Assembly (NCBI RefSeq): GCF_006345805.1
Contig: NC_043002.1
Location: forward strand, 60,016,001-60,080,000
Direction: 5' to 3'
DNA from: Octopus sinensis
Taxonomy: Eukaryota
Length of the DNA stretch: 64,000 nucleotides
The notes beneath the pieces are model-generated. The model made no database searches. It worked only from the letters and a program-made list of their open reading frames with translations, and had not been told where the DNA came from. Both the position numbers and the translations under genes were made by a program. Below are positions 14,341 through 27,870 of this stretch, in pieces. The stretch's first letter is position 1, and every line of letters starts with the position of its first letter.

Positions 14341-14720
14341 GTGGCACTCGGTCAGTTACGACGACGAGGGTTGCAGTTGATCCGATCAACGGAACAGCCT
14401 GCCAGTGAAATTAGCATGAAAGTGGCTGAGCACTCCACAGACACGTATAGCCTTAACGTAGTTCTCGGGGAGAGATTCAGCGTGACACAGAGTGTGACAA
14501 GGCTGGCCCTTTGAAATACAGATACAACAGAAACAGGGAAGAAAGAGTGAGAGAAAGTTATGGTGAAAGAGTACAGCAGGGTTCGCCACCACCCCCTGCC
14601 GGAGCATCGTGGAGCTTTATGTGTTTTCGCTCAATAAACACTCACAACGCCTGTTCTGGGAATCGAAATCGCGATCCCACGATCACGAGTCCACCGCTCT
14701 AGCTACTAGGCCATTGCCTC
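14341..14720 (-). mobile_element. tRNA-derived SINE (family also at 56330-56640 and 57560-57902; partial at 18040-18152)
   Basis: Minus-strand head GGCAATGGCCTAGTAGCTAGAGCGGTGGACTCGTGATCGTGGGATCGCGATTTCGATTCCC. Body AAAGGGCCAGCCTTGTCACACTCTGTGTCACGCTGAAT is near-identical across copies. Confidence 0.85.
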
Positions 14721-15507
14721 TCTACAGAGAAGACAGTATGGAGAAAACGAGAGAAATTTGACGTCAAAAATGTCAACATCGAATTAGCAGTGCTACAGCA
14801 GCCGTGTCAAACGTCTCATACTCCTCTGTAAATTCTTGTTGAATCGAAAAGATGTTGTATATGCATATTTGATGCAACACTTGGTATCAAACAATTGTGA
14901 ACTTGCATAATTTTGCACTGAAATTTATGTACAATTTTACTGGTGATTTGCGGATTTGTGGTTTAATGTTTACGCGAACATTTTCTGTTTATGGTGTTTC
15001 TGAAACAAAATCTATGAGCTCTTAGTTAGGTGTGATACACATGTTTTATTTATCGTTTCGGCTTTAGCACTGCATTTATCTATTCTGTCTCTTGAAAGCA
15101 TTTTCTTCATACAATGTATTCTATGGTGGTTCCTCTGCTATCAGTTTATATTGTAGCTGTTGTATCATGTTGTGTAAATTTGCTTAACATTTTACCATAA
15201 TGCCTGGTGTATGTTATTAAGTAAAATTTCGTTTACTCTTCTCATATCGTTATTCAAACAGCCGTGGCAACTCTGTACTATTGGATTATATAGCCCAACC
15301 TCTGTTCACCAGAGCAATTGTTTCCTAATATATGAAGGGTTTTAATTTTAGAGGGTCGAAACATGTTTTCTAATTATTAAATGGGAAACATTTGTCAAAG
15401 AAGTGACTTAACTAAGGCAGTTAACTAAGAATGTGGACATTCAGGAACTTCTATCATGGTGGTGTTTCATTTAGACTTGCATGCTATCTCAGATCTTCAT
15501 TAATGCT

Positions 15508-15560
<53 letters not shown>

Positions 15561-16348
15561 AAAATATTATTTTTCCTGATGCTGGATGGAGGTGCTTATC
15601 TCCCCCTTTGTAAACATAAGGAAATAGGAAATGTGTCGAGGCCGACAGGAAGCGGTGCTTCCTAGGGCAAAATAGCAGTACTAGTCTTTTCTTTCATGTG
15701 ACTGTCTCATTTTACCGTGTTACTACATCTCTGAGATGTAGATATCTATTACTTCAACTTTCAATTATTTTTAAGAATAATGTTGGAAGCTATATTAAGC
15801 TAGCCATATTAAACATTGCAATCGTTGGTCGAATCGTAGCAACTGCATTCCATTGCAGCATATGATATCTTGCGTACACCACTAGGAAACAGCGGTGGTG
15901 ACTTCAGATCCAACATTCTACGGATACGTTTTCGGCATATTAAGGGTTCCACGTTTAGCATGTCTATGCATGTTTGATAATATTACGCTTATAGTTTACC
16001 TTATAGAATTACTGTGAAAACTGTTTTCCATATTTATGATGCAAAGAGGGCCAATTATTCTTTTCCTACAAAAATTCCCTGGTAAAGAATTTGCCCGTTG
16101 GGAATGAAATATATTTATTCATAGCGTTATAGGAAGAAATTTTACGAATGCTCTATACTGGAGGTTTAAATATTGAGGGGATTTTCTAAATTCCGATTAA
16201 ATCCTGACAAGCCTTCGAATATCTGAAGAGGATTGTTCAATGGCCACGAAATTTTAAGTAATGTGGAATTCGAAGAAGAACCTCTAATAAAAACATTTAA
16301 TCCAATTAAACTTATTCACTGCTACTTTCATTTGTTTGTTCACTCACT

Positions 16349-16506
<158 letters not shown>

Positions 16507-17099
16507 CAGAGAGATAGATATAGATATGTATGTATGTGGATGTGTGAGTCTGTGTTTTTCTAAACACACACACACACACAAGTACACACACCTGCATGTC
16601 GATGGATGTTTGTAATTATAAGATGCACACAAGCTATACACGTCCTATATATAAAATCCCGTTTTTATTTAGTTTTTATGCACGTTACTGTGTACTGCAC
16701 ACTGGATTTGTATGTGTGCGTGCATGTGTGTGTATGTGTGTGATTGTGAATTCATGTATTTATATGTTTGAGTTTGTTTTCCGAGAACAAGAGACGTGAC
16801 GACTGTAAAGCGAGGGATAAATTCGTGCACCGCAAAAGGCGCTGCGATAATGCATTCAGAAATAGCAAATGAACAGATCTATTTACATCACGCTATATGT
16901 TGCTGCATTCAGTGTACAATTGCTCGATGACATCACACGATCAATCAGATATCATCAGATTTTTTTTTTAATATTTCAATCCCCAACTGAGAAACTTACA
17001 AGTGAGAAACATCCAAGTGAGAAACATCAAAACTTGTGTGATGCGAAACGGAAAATGACGAATGGGTTCAGAATGAGGTTTTCATTAAAGACCAACCGT

Positions 17100-17156
<57 letters not shown>

Positions 17157-17309
17157 CTCTTTCTCTTTCCTTTTGTTCTCTCCCTCATTCTCACACTCAC
17201 ATACATTCACACAACCACTCACATCCAAATACGCAAAATATATACAAATATTGATATATATATATATATATACATAAATACTATATATATATATATATAT
17301 ATATATAAC

Positions 17310-17379
<70 letters not shown>

Positions 17380-18399
17380 GTTATATATATATAGTTATAT
17401 ATTTACATATATACACACTCTAATGCATACCTACACTTTGATGTCAGAAAATATAACTAATATGGCGGCCCATATAATATATGAGATGACTCAATCAGCA
17501 ACTTACATACGCACATCAAAACGTTATGGCTACCATTACTGAAATGAGTTTAAGTATCTGAAAACGTCGCTAGCTTAGATATTATCCTCCGGGATTTGCG
17601 GTGAACTACTTAACAGTGTTCAAACAGTGCATTCGATACAACAGTATTTTCTGTTCTTTTATTCTCGGGACCAAATATAATGATAAATTTATGGGTTTAG
17701 AACAGGCGCTTTAAGTCATAAGTATCGGCTATAAACAAAGAAAAGCGGAAAATTATGGAAATAGCTTGGATTCGTATAATTGATCTCTTAAATACGCCTG
17801 TTACTTAGAATAAATAAAAAGGATTTGATTTATAACTACAAATGTAACCAAGTACTACAGGGACAATAACATAGACAATGTTTAAAACAGGGACACAGGC
17901 AAGAACACACATATTAAGGGTGATTTTCGCTTTGAATAATCCCCAAATTACATAGCTACTAAATTGCTATCTTAGAGACGTAAAATAACCTATCACACAC
18001 TCACTGGCATTATGTCGGGTGCAATGACGAGTGTTCCAATTGATTCAATCAACGGAAAATCCTGCTCGTAAAATTAATGTGCAAGTGGTTAAGTACTCCA
18101 CTCGCGTACCCTTAATTTAGTTCTAAGGGAGATCCAGCGTGACACAGAACGGTTTCAAGAGTAGCCTTTTCATGTATAAGTACAACTCACTTTCACATGC
18201 TGTACAGATCGTACTCCAGTTAGTCAAAATAAATTTGTCCTTATGTTTGCATCTAATCAAATCGTCGCTTTTGCATTGATGCACAGACAGACGGACTGGC
18301 AGACACATACACACATACACACACACATTCACGCAGGTACACACACACATGCACGCACACACACACACACACACACGCACATCATTCGCCACAGGCATA

Positions 18400-18810
18400 G
18401 CATTGCTGTGTGCGTAAGGAGCTCGTTTGGCAACCATGTGGTTTCTGGTTCAGTCCCATTACCTAGCACGATAGGAAGCTGGATAATGTCTTCTACTATG
18501 GCCATGAGGTGACCAATGCCTTGTCAGTGAAGCTAGTGGATTTAAAACGTGTAGACTATTGTCGTATATATGGATGTGTGTGTGTGTGTGTGAGAGAGAG
18601 AGTATTTGTGCGTGTGTTTATTTCATCCCCGTACGCCAGGCGATGTCCGTTTACTTACGTCCTCGAAACTTAGCAGGTCGGGAAAAAATGACGAAATACT
18701 TTTTATCAGACATTGTTTCAAATTTAATTCCTGGAATAGTTTTTTCGAATGTAACATTCAAGACGGTGCTCCAGTATGGTCGCAGCTCTTTCACTGAAAC
18801 ATACGAGACT
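18400..18810 (+). mobile_element. Older CORE-type SINE copy
   Basis: Head CAACCATGTGGTTTCTGGTTCAGTCCC, TGTCTTCTACTATGGCC block and tail AAGACGGTGCTCCAGTATGGTCGCAG. Confidence 0.7.
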
Positions 18811-18829
18811 GAAGAAACACACAGATAAA

Positions 18830-19710
18830 TACGAGGTGCTACCCATAATTAACCGGAATGTTCTCTGTGGGTCAAGCGCCTTGTAGTTCCGGCTAGCGCC
18901 TCTAGACGCCACTTGATGCGACCCCCAGGCATCTGGCTGCCGACCGGTGCTATTCTGTGAGGTGATTCTGCCCCGTGGTGCGTCTTTGTATTGCTGGTTT
19001 TCTCTCCTGTTCGTCGATTTTTGCGATGGCCGAAACGAAGGAATAGCGTGCTTCCGTGAAATTCTTTCTTCTGCTGGGGTAAACGGCGGCCGAAGCAGTT
19101 GTCATGCTTCAAACAGGTTACAAGGCAGCTGCTATGAGCAAAACACAAGTTTACGAATGATTTACACGCTTTAGGAATAGTTACCTGTCGTGTCAGGACC
19201 AATTTCGTTCAGTGAGACCATCGACCTCCCGAATAAATGAAAACGTCGTTAAAATTCATGAAATGAACTTGGAGCACAGACACCGAGCAATTAACGAAAT
19301 TGTCGACATGACTAACATGTCCTGGAGCTCCTGCCATTGCATTTGGAGCGCAGAATTGTGAATGTACTTTGATCGGTCACGGAAGATCAAAAGTAGTCAC
19401 AAATGAATGCACGTCGCGAGCTGAAAGAACAGTTGGTAGTTGATCCGGACCTTTATTCGAAGATCATCACTGGTGACGAAATCTGGTGCTACAGAATTTG
19501 CAGATGTGGAAGCGGTAAAGAAAAAACAACGGAGTTGTTAAAATGCATGTCTTTGCAAGCATTCCAACACTGAAGCAGTGGAGAACGCGTATGGACCATT
19601 GCAATTCTTCAAATGGGAAATTTGTTGAAGACTTTGAAACTGTAAAAATTTAAAACTAAGTAAATAAAATAATACTGCGAAATTCCGGTTTCCGATACCC
19701 CCCTCGCATA
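18830..19710 (+). mobile_element. Internally deleted, decayed mariner transposon
   Basis: Transposase remnants AMSKTQVYE*F...RPSTSRINENV and KIITGDEIWCY, with a C-terminal QWRTRMDHCNSSNGK. Degenerate TIRs TACGAGG...AACCGGAAT at both ends. Confidence 0.85.
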
Positions 19711-20189
19711 CTCCGTAAAGGATTAGAATCTAAATTATCTAACAAACTGAAATGTCCCTGAAATTTGATACAGAATAAGCTTTTGAAAATTCTAAAGAAT
19801 TGACACAACAAAAAGTAAATACCGTCCTTAAACACACCTCATAATAAATTTTTGGACATAACGATCAACCTTCTCGATTTTTCTCAAGCTTTCTCAATTA
19901 GGGCTACCCATGTGGACTCTGCCTGAAATATTGGTTGGCGACACGAGTACATTATTTAAACCTGCCGGTTTACCGATTTTCCATGGCAAGAAAATATTCG
20001 CAACTTTTATTTCAATACTGTGTACATTGAGTATGTATGCATGTATGTGTGTATGTAAGTGTATGTGGTTGCATGTGTGTGTGTGTGCGTGTGCATATGT
20101 GCGTCTATAATTATTTTCGGCACAACTGTGGAATCCCCATATGCATGAAATTACTGGCTACACGCATTTATTTTTGCTGCAGTTATAAG

Positions 20190-21020
20190 GTATGTGTTAT
20201 AAATGGGCTTCATTATATTCGACCGAATATTACTTCGAAAGCAACTTACCATCAAAATCAGTCATGAAAATGACTTCTAAATTTACACCAACCTACGAGA
20301 TCATACTCTTGATATATCACAATACAAAAATCAAGAAAATTCTTCAAGCAAATATTAAAATAATTTCAGGAATTATTTGAAAAGGCAAATGAAAAAGACT
20401 GAATGACGTCTTCTTTCATGGAAAGACAATTTTGATCATATGTTAACAATCATGTGTTTAAAATCTCATAAACAAAATAAACCCTGACATTCAATTTACA
20501 AGAGAATACATTAACTTCCTTTCTTAGATATTGAGGTGATAAAAAGTGAGAACTTAGAAACTAGAATAAACGTATAGTTTTAAACTTCCATTCTCAAGAC
20601 AATACAGGTTATTTACATCATGACACTCGGAACGTATCTGACATAATATTGCATATACGTTACAGAAATGAATTCCTACAATTGTCTCTAATCATTCGAC
20701 AAGAGATTACAGACTAAAAGAAATGAAAGAAACACTGATTGGAAAACAATACCCATTAAATTTAATCAACAATGGAATTCATAAAGCGAAAATAATTAAA
20801 ATTCTGTAACACGGGAACACAAGAAGCAAATGTGAAAAGAATTTTATAACATACACACATAACGTGCAATTCAACGACATTGAAGTATTTCCAAATGTTT
20901 ATTAAAACATACCTGTATTGCTTCGAGGTCGAATAATAGAAATTACCAAGGAGAAACAACCAATTATTAAAAGGAAAAGACCAGCAAACCCTTTGAAAAG
21001 TATAGTTATGAAGACAACAA
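20190..21020 (+). mobile_element. Decayed Penelope-like (Neptune-type) RT fragment
   Basis: Across frameshifts: MTSKFTPTY (motif B-like), INPDIQFTREY, LPFLDIEVIK and RLKEMKETLIGKQYPLNLINNGIHKAK. Confidence 0.75.
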
Positions 21021-21054
21021 AGAAACAATATATACGTAAGCGTAAGGCCGTGCG

Positions 21055-21436
21055 CTCGCAGAATCATTAGCACGCCGGGCGAAATGCTTAGCTGTATTTC
21101 GTCTGCCGTTACGTCTTGAGTTCAAATTCCGCCGAGGTCGACTTTACCTTTCATGCTTTCGGGGTCGATTAAATAAGTACCACTTACGCACTGGGGTCGA
21201 TCTAATCGACTTAATCCGTTTGTGGGCACTAAAGAAATAAGAAACGTTAGCACGCCGGGCGAAATGCTTATCAGTATTTCATCTGTCTTTATTCTTCGAG
21301 TTCCAATTTTGCTGAGGTCGACTTTACCTTTCACCATTTTGGGGTTGATAAATTAAATTGCCAGTTGTGTACTTGGGTTGATCTAATTGACTAGCCCCCG
21401 CCCCCAAATTTTCGGGCCTTGTGCCTAGAGTAGAAA
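21055..21436 (+). mobile_element. Head-to-tail dimer of a tRNA-derived SINE
   Basis: Two units of TTAGCACGCCGGGCGAAATGCTTA...TTCAAATTCCGCCGAGGTCGACTTTACCTTTCA...GGGGTCGATCTAAT. Related fragments at 26470-26650(+), 28540-28820(-), 33770-33935(-) and 49085-49235(-). Confidence 0.85.
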
Positions 21437-22213
21437 AAAAGAATATATACGTAAATGTAATAAAATGTAAATAAAGAACTTGTTGAGTATACAAATATTT
21501 ATATTTGTAGACTCCAAGAGTTTATATTTATATTCAGAATTCCATTTCAAGGAATGGCATATTTTGAAAGTAAAATATCAGTGCTTAAATATTTGCATAT
21601 GCTTTAACATTCAAATTTCCCGAGAAATTTTCCTGACACCCCATGGAAGAGAGAGAATCGACACCGATTGCTCAGTACATAAGCTTAAGAAAAAATAAAT
21701 TAAGTGTTAAAATATTGGGAATTGTATCAACAACCATTCGGGAATTTCAGTGTTTTCCAATTTATATGTAAAAAGAGGAAAACAAACCTCTGAAGAAAGG
21801 GACACCGACGAACAGAATGGAAAAAAATGTAATTTAGACGCAATCGTCAAAATTGAATATTTATGTCACTTGAAAGAATCTTCATACTATCAGAGAAGTA
21901 CCAATGCAGTAACATCGGGAATTTTAACTGTAAAAATATCAATTCTAATTAGAAATCAAAACTTGTGACCTAAAAACCAATGCGTGTACATTCGAAATTC
22001 AACATTCAGTTATAATTATGGTGAAAACTGAATATTTTCTCGATACATTATTCTCTATTTTAGCTTTTAAAATCATGCAAAATTTTGCGTAAAAATAATG
22101 TAAAATTACGTAAAATAATAACCAATTTAATGAAATCTGCTGAAAATATTTCGTCTGAGTGAAAATAGCCAATTACGGTTGGAACCGATAGGAAAATATA
22201 TCAAGTGCTTTTA

Positions 22214-22270
<57 letters not shown>

Positions 22271-22277
22271 CATTATT

Positions 22278-22329
<52 letters not shown>

Positions 22330-22394
22330 CATCATCATCATTACTATTATCATCATCATCATCATCATTGTCATCATCATCATTATTATTATTG

Positions 22395-22970
22395 GGTGAG
22401 GGAGCAGTGGATGCCATCAAAGTGACACTGGGGTAAAATATACGAAGCCCAGTATACCCATCATGACTACCCGTCTGATAAGGGTACATCAGTCACATGC
22501 ATCACAACCATATGTGTGCGACATGGTGATCTCATATCAAGACAAACAGCACATGACCTAGCAGATGGGGCCCAGTTAGAATTTCCTTCTGGTAGAGTAA
22601 CCCATCCCGCTCAAAAGGTCCCTGAATAAGGGTTGTTTAAGCATGTTGAACGAAACACCCATGTTTCCATAGGTGGATTATTCAAACTCCAAAGAACCCC
22701 TCTCGACACATGGCTATGATGCTCCCCCACTACTTCTGCTTGTGATCAGAGATGCACATATCATCAACCACTAAGGGACATGCTCAACTGGTTAAGGTCA
22801 AACAACTGACAAGCAAATCTGTGATATTGAGCAGAATATTTGCTGTAGCCCATCTTTTATACCAAGACAAAACAATGTACATGATAACACTTCCAACCAG
22901 TTAAGATCAAAAGTCATGAGAGCCACTGCCTGGAACTGTATCAGGGCATTTATTATTATTACTATCAACA
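22395..22970. repeat. Unclassified ~580-bp higher-GC segment between ATT/ATC microsatellites (probable non-autonomous element)
   Basis: Abrupt composition change. Bounded by (TTA)n(ATC)n on the left and TTTATTATTATTAC on the right. No credible ORF. Confidence 0.4.
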
Positions 22971-23518
22971 TACTTTGCATTTTGAAAATATCAAACTTTA
23001 AATGATATCAGGCGTTATGGACATTGTTATAGTACGAGTACTTAACATTATCAAATTCGTAAATGCAAGCAGATGGGCAAATTTCTTTTGCCCAACGGGA
23101 TGACATAGATTTTGACCTCTTTAATGTTGAATATTTCAACACAACCTATAATACTGCAGACACACTTGACACAGCTCTTAGTTTTCGTTTTCGCTCTTTG
23201 TCAGTTTTCCTTTACTCTTGGTCTCCCCGTACCACTTTTTGTATCAAAATTTATCACGTATTTTTTACGCGTCCACTCTAAAATACCAGACACTGGGATT
23301 TCAAACAGGACCAACCAATATGCCCTAAGCATACATAGGCCTAGCGAATTACCTTTTATCCACAGCACGAAGCAATTAGCAGCTCTTATTTTATTGCGTT
23401 CATTAAACGATACATGCATACATATACGCGTGCGCACACACATACACACATACACGCATACAGAGCCACGTTTATGTACACTCACACACACACATTATAT
23501 ATTTCAAGTAACCTAAAC

Positions 23519-23560
<42 letters not shown>

Positions 23561-23924
23561 ACATTACTTCTAAGATAAATTCGAATTGTTGTACAAATTT
23601 AGAATTTCATACCTTTATTCATTTAATTACAAATTTACTACCGTGCATACTGCAGAAATATTTTAAATTTCTAAATTAATGAAAGAGAATGATAGATAAT
23701 TAGTTAATAACAACATTATAAGTTAATAAGAGATCATGGAAGCTCATAATCTTAGCCAGTAGTTTAAATTGCCTTCATAACTTTACGTGTCATAGAACGA
23801 CTTAAATGTACGTTGAGGTTGCCGCGAAACTAAGCCAAACAATTTAATTGTTGTATAACGTGGGTAAAATGTATTGAAGTAAACGGTTTGATCATTTGTA
23901 AATGAATAGATTAATGTAGATATT

Positions 23925-24125
23925 TCTTTTGTATCTTTTGTCTCTTTCAGTCATTGATTTACGGCACAGTGTTAAATGGTTTAGCTGAATAAATTCGATA
24001 CCGTCACTGAGTTTAAATTCCGGTAGTTATATCAGTCTCCGTTTCCAAACAGCTTTGTCAGGGACGTAAACAAAGCAACATTGATTGTAAAGTTACGAGG
24101 AGGCGAACAGAAAGACACGCTTAAA
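23925..24125 (-). mobile_element. Highly diverged CORE-type SINE 3' half
   Basis: Weak match to the family tail (TTTCAGTCATTGA...GACGTAAACAAAGCAAC). Confidence 0.45.
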
Positions 24126-24226
24126 CACACATATGCTTACACACATATACACACCCAAAGACACACACTCACAAACACTCGCACACACACATACACATGA
24201 GACACTCGCATACAAACACTATAATT

Positions 24227-24294
24227 CAGTGATCTGAATAATAATAGTAATAATAATAATAATATTAATAGTAATAATAATGATGATGATGATG

Positions 24295-24343
<49 letters not shown>

Positions 24344-24381
24344 CATCGAAAAATCCCTTAGGAATGAGAACCCAGGTTCGA
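24227..24381 (+). mobile_element. Partial composite element with an unoccupied (AAT)n linker
   Basis: CAGTGATCTGAAT (head end), (AAT)n, then AACATCGAAAAATCCCTTAGGAATGAGAACCCAGGTTCGA. No Dong insert; truncated by the adjacent Penelope-like fragment. Confidence 0.75.
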
Positions 24382-25480
24382 GTGTTTCTTAAATATGGTG
24401 TAATATTTATGGTGCTGAGGAAAATTCAATTTCAGGATCTTAAAGAACAATGTTGGTAAATGTTGACACTAAGAGGAAATAAGAGTTTGCGGTGTCGAAG
24501 TAAGTACTTTTATTTTTCTATATTTAGAGTGGGTTACAACATTAGGGTTTTCAGTTACAGAAGGACTACATTTATTACCGTTACTAAAATGATGGTTATG
24601 AAGTCTGGTATGGTTCAAAGGTTTTCTTATATTATTATAATTTAAGGAAGAAATCGTATTAGTAATTTCAAGATTCCTGTCAGATGAAAGATCAGCTAAT
24701 TTGATTTTGAGTTTGGTATCAGGGATGTAGAAAATATGATCATAAAAGCCGCTTGATTTTAGGGCTTGATTATAAAACAGGGCATGTGCATTAAAGATCA
24801 CGTTTGCTGATAGGTTGGAGATCCTAAAAGAGATAGACGTAATAATACTATCAAGGGACAATTTTGGTTGATTAGAAGAAACTTTTGTATATCGTAATGC
24901 TTGATTTGGTTTCCGGTAAGGGTAATATAGCTCGGTGTTTAAATTTAGTGTAACATCCCAAAAAATTCAGAATTTTTGTGTTAGTATCAAATATAATATT
25001 GAGATTTAAAAAAATCAAAATGAATTTTTTTCATAACTTCTTTGTACGTTCAACTTCCGGTTTAGATAAGTCATTTACTGCCAAGAGAGAGTCATCGCTA
25101 TAGAGCTAAGCAGATACGTTTGGAAAACCATTCTTAATTTACGAAAGAACATATAGCCCCACAAGGTCTGCCATCTGGGCCGAATCTGGCAAACACATAG
25201 TAATACTGAAGTAGTTCATAGATTAACTTCTAATTGAGTATCGCTCATGAAATTTAATTAATGCCTTTTTCGCTGCCAGAATAACGTTAATATCGGATCG
25301 AAGGATATTAACGAAATTACGAGCAAATATTAATAGCTTATTCAATAAGATAAGGGAGACAGAAGTATAATAATTCAAAATGTCAAATTGTACAAAGCGA
25401 GTGTTTTGCTTACCTTGAAGGAAATGGAACTATGATATTCCATAAAAGAAATTTAACTTTATTTTTGACAAATGGTATTA
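24382..25480 (-). mobile_element. Decayed second Naiad-like Penelope element (RT core to linker)
   Basis: Across frameshifts: FVQFDILNYYTSVS, CLPDSAQMADLVGLY, LYSDDSLL, DVTLNLNTELYYPYRKPN, FNAHALFYNQALKSSGF and FPQHHKYYTIF. Colinear with the 42594-44879 ORF. Confidence 0.85.
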
Positions 25481-25491
25481 TTCATCGCCTT

Positions 25492-25612
<121 letters not shown>

Positions 25613-25664
25613 CTGTGTGTGTATATGTATGTACGTATGTATGTATTATGTATTTGCGTGTCTA

Positions 25665-25815
25665 TGTTTGTACCTCCACCATCCCTTGACCACCGATGGT
25701 GGTGTGGTTTACGTCTTCGGAAGCAAGCGGTTCGGCAAAAATAATTGATAGAGTAAATAATAGGTTTACAAAGAATAAATCCTGTAGACGATTTGTTCGA
25801 CTAAAGGCTTTGCTT
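25665..25815 (+). mobile_element. CORE-type SINE 3' half
   Basis: CTTGACCACCGATGGTGGTGTG...GCGGTTCGGCAAAA...TTTACAAAGAATAAATCCTG...CGACTAAAGGC. Confidence 0.7.
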
Positions 25816-25817
25816 CA

Positions 25818-25853
<36 letters not shown>

Positions 25854-25927
25854 CTAAGGTTTTTTGACTGCTATTTCTAAACTTCGGTATGTAGTAAAGC
25901 AAATCTTTGCTGAACCCTAATTATAAA

Positions 25928-26008
<81 letters not shown>

Positions 26009-26410
26009 TATATAGATAGATAGATATAGATATAGATATAGATATAGATGTGTGTGTGTGTATGTATATATGTATGTGAAGGAGAGAACTAAACGTGAGT
26101 AGATGTGTAAAGGGGGTTAGATGGGCAGAAATATGTACAAAAATCATAACAGTTTCTCTGTAAAATGGAACGTCTCATGCCAAGCATTCGCATGTGTGTT
26201 TCGATACTTTCCATCGGAGGGCGATCTGTTCATTAACGTACGCTGGGATAATATTTAGAAAATGATGGATGAGGACACGGCGATATATATTGTCTGTCCA
26301 CTGTTTGTTTATCATTAAATTGTTAGATATTACCACTAAAATACACATTGAAGCAAAGCGATGTGTAAATTAAATACATACATACATATATATGCGTGTC
26401 TGTGTTTATA

Positions 26411-26459
<49 letters not shown>

Positions 26460-26469
26460 TGAATGTGCT

Positions 26470-26650
26470 ACAAGGTGGTGATCTGGGCGAAATGCTTAGC
26501 CCTATTGCGTTCTGAGTTCAAATGACTCCGGCATCGGCTTTTCTTTTCTTCCTTTCAAGGTCGAAAAACTAAGTACCAGTCATTCACAGGGGTCGATGCA
26601 ATCGACTAATACCCACCCCATTTCATGCCTTATGTCTTTAGTAGAAAGGA
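26470..26650 (+). mobile_element. tRNA-derived SINE (21055 family)
   Basis: GGGCGAAATGCTTAG...GAGTTCAAAT...AAGTACCAGTCATTCACAGGGGTCGATGCAATCGACT. Confidence 0.7.
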
Positions 26651-26702
26651 TTATTATTACACCCACACGCACACACACACACATACACACACACACACAC
26701 AC

Positions 26703-26778
<76 letters not shown>

Positions 26779-27284
26779 GATTTAAAACATTACGACACAA
26801 ACATGGGAGAGTTAGAAAGAATGACAAACGTTCCTATTTGCCATTTTAGATTAGTTTTAAATCTAAGTAAAACTGATTTCTTAACTTATTCAGCAGGTTA
26901 GGAGAAAAGAAGCCCATTACATAAACCCCCAATATATGACTAATACTAAGATGATCTTTATACAAGACCGAATATGAAGTCAATCCTAACGATAGTTTTA
27001 CTCTCAGGTTATAAACTATTAGAACACAAAATGTTTTGTTTTGTTTTTTGATTGTTTATATCTGTAGAGTTTCGAAAGAATGATTTCTATATGTTCTTAG
27101 TTCCCAGATCGACTTTGCCAAGTAGTGTATATTCAATCAATATAGCCCCATATCTCGTCTACTGCGCCTCTGTTTGGAAACAATACCAAGCTGAGAATCT
27201 TTGTTTGTATCATCATTGATAAGTATCATGTTTGTGTAACTTTTGAATATCGCCTTCAATACTTAAGGAGCAACTTGTATATGC

Positions 27285-27338
<54 letters not shown>

Positions 27339-27340
<2 letters not shown>

Positions 27341-27551
27341 CGGGAATATTTATGAAAATAAACAAAAGACGAAGGCAGGTGGAATACAAACAAACAATTG
27401 TATTAGTATGGCGCTCAGGAATATAAATAAAACAAGTCTTTTACGTTTCGAGCCTACGCTCTTCAACAGAAAGATACACAGAAAAGAAACACGGAGAGAA
27501 ACACAGAGAGAAAAAAAATGCATGCAGAAGCTAGCGAATCAACATGGGGAT

Positions 27552-27555
<4 letters not shown>
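27339..27555 (-). mobile_element. Penelope-like 3' terminal segment with a hammerhead motif (27438-27473)
   Basis: Near-identical to 9569-9702 and carries the same 36-nt CTGTTGA hammerhead. Inserted in (TA)n. Confidence 0.75.
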
Positions 27556-27638
<83 letters not shown>

Positions 27639-27639
27639 G

Positions 27640-27870
27640 CACCCTTTTAAAGCCTAGGCAGGCTCATGGTTTCAATGTCGTATGTGTTTCCCATTTGAAC
27701 GGGAGGCCAGTCCATCGTAGCGTTATTCATTTTTGCCAGCTGAGTGGATTGGAGCAACGTGAAATGAAGTGTTTTGCTAAAGAACACAACGCGTCACCCG
27801 CTCCAGGAATCGAAACGACAATCTTACGATCATGATGCTGACACCCTAACCACTAAGACACGCAACTCCA
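27640..27870 (-). mobile_element. tRNA-derived SINE with CORE and V-domain-like segments
   Basis: Minus strand: head, TGTTCTTTAGCAAAACACTTCATTTCACGTTGCTCC, CTACGATGGACTGGCCTCCCGTTC, and tail CCTAGGCTTTAAAAGGG. Confidence 0.7.
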
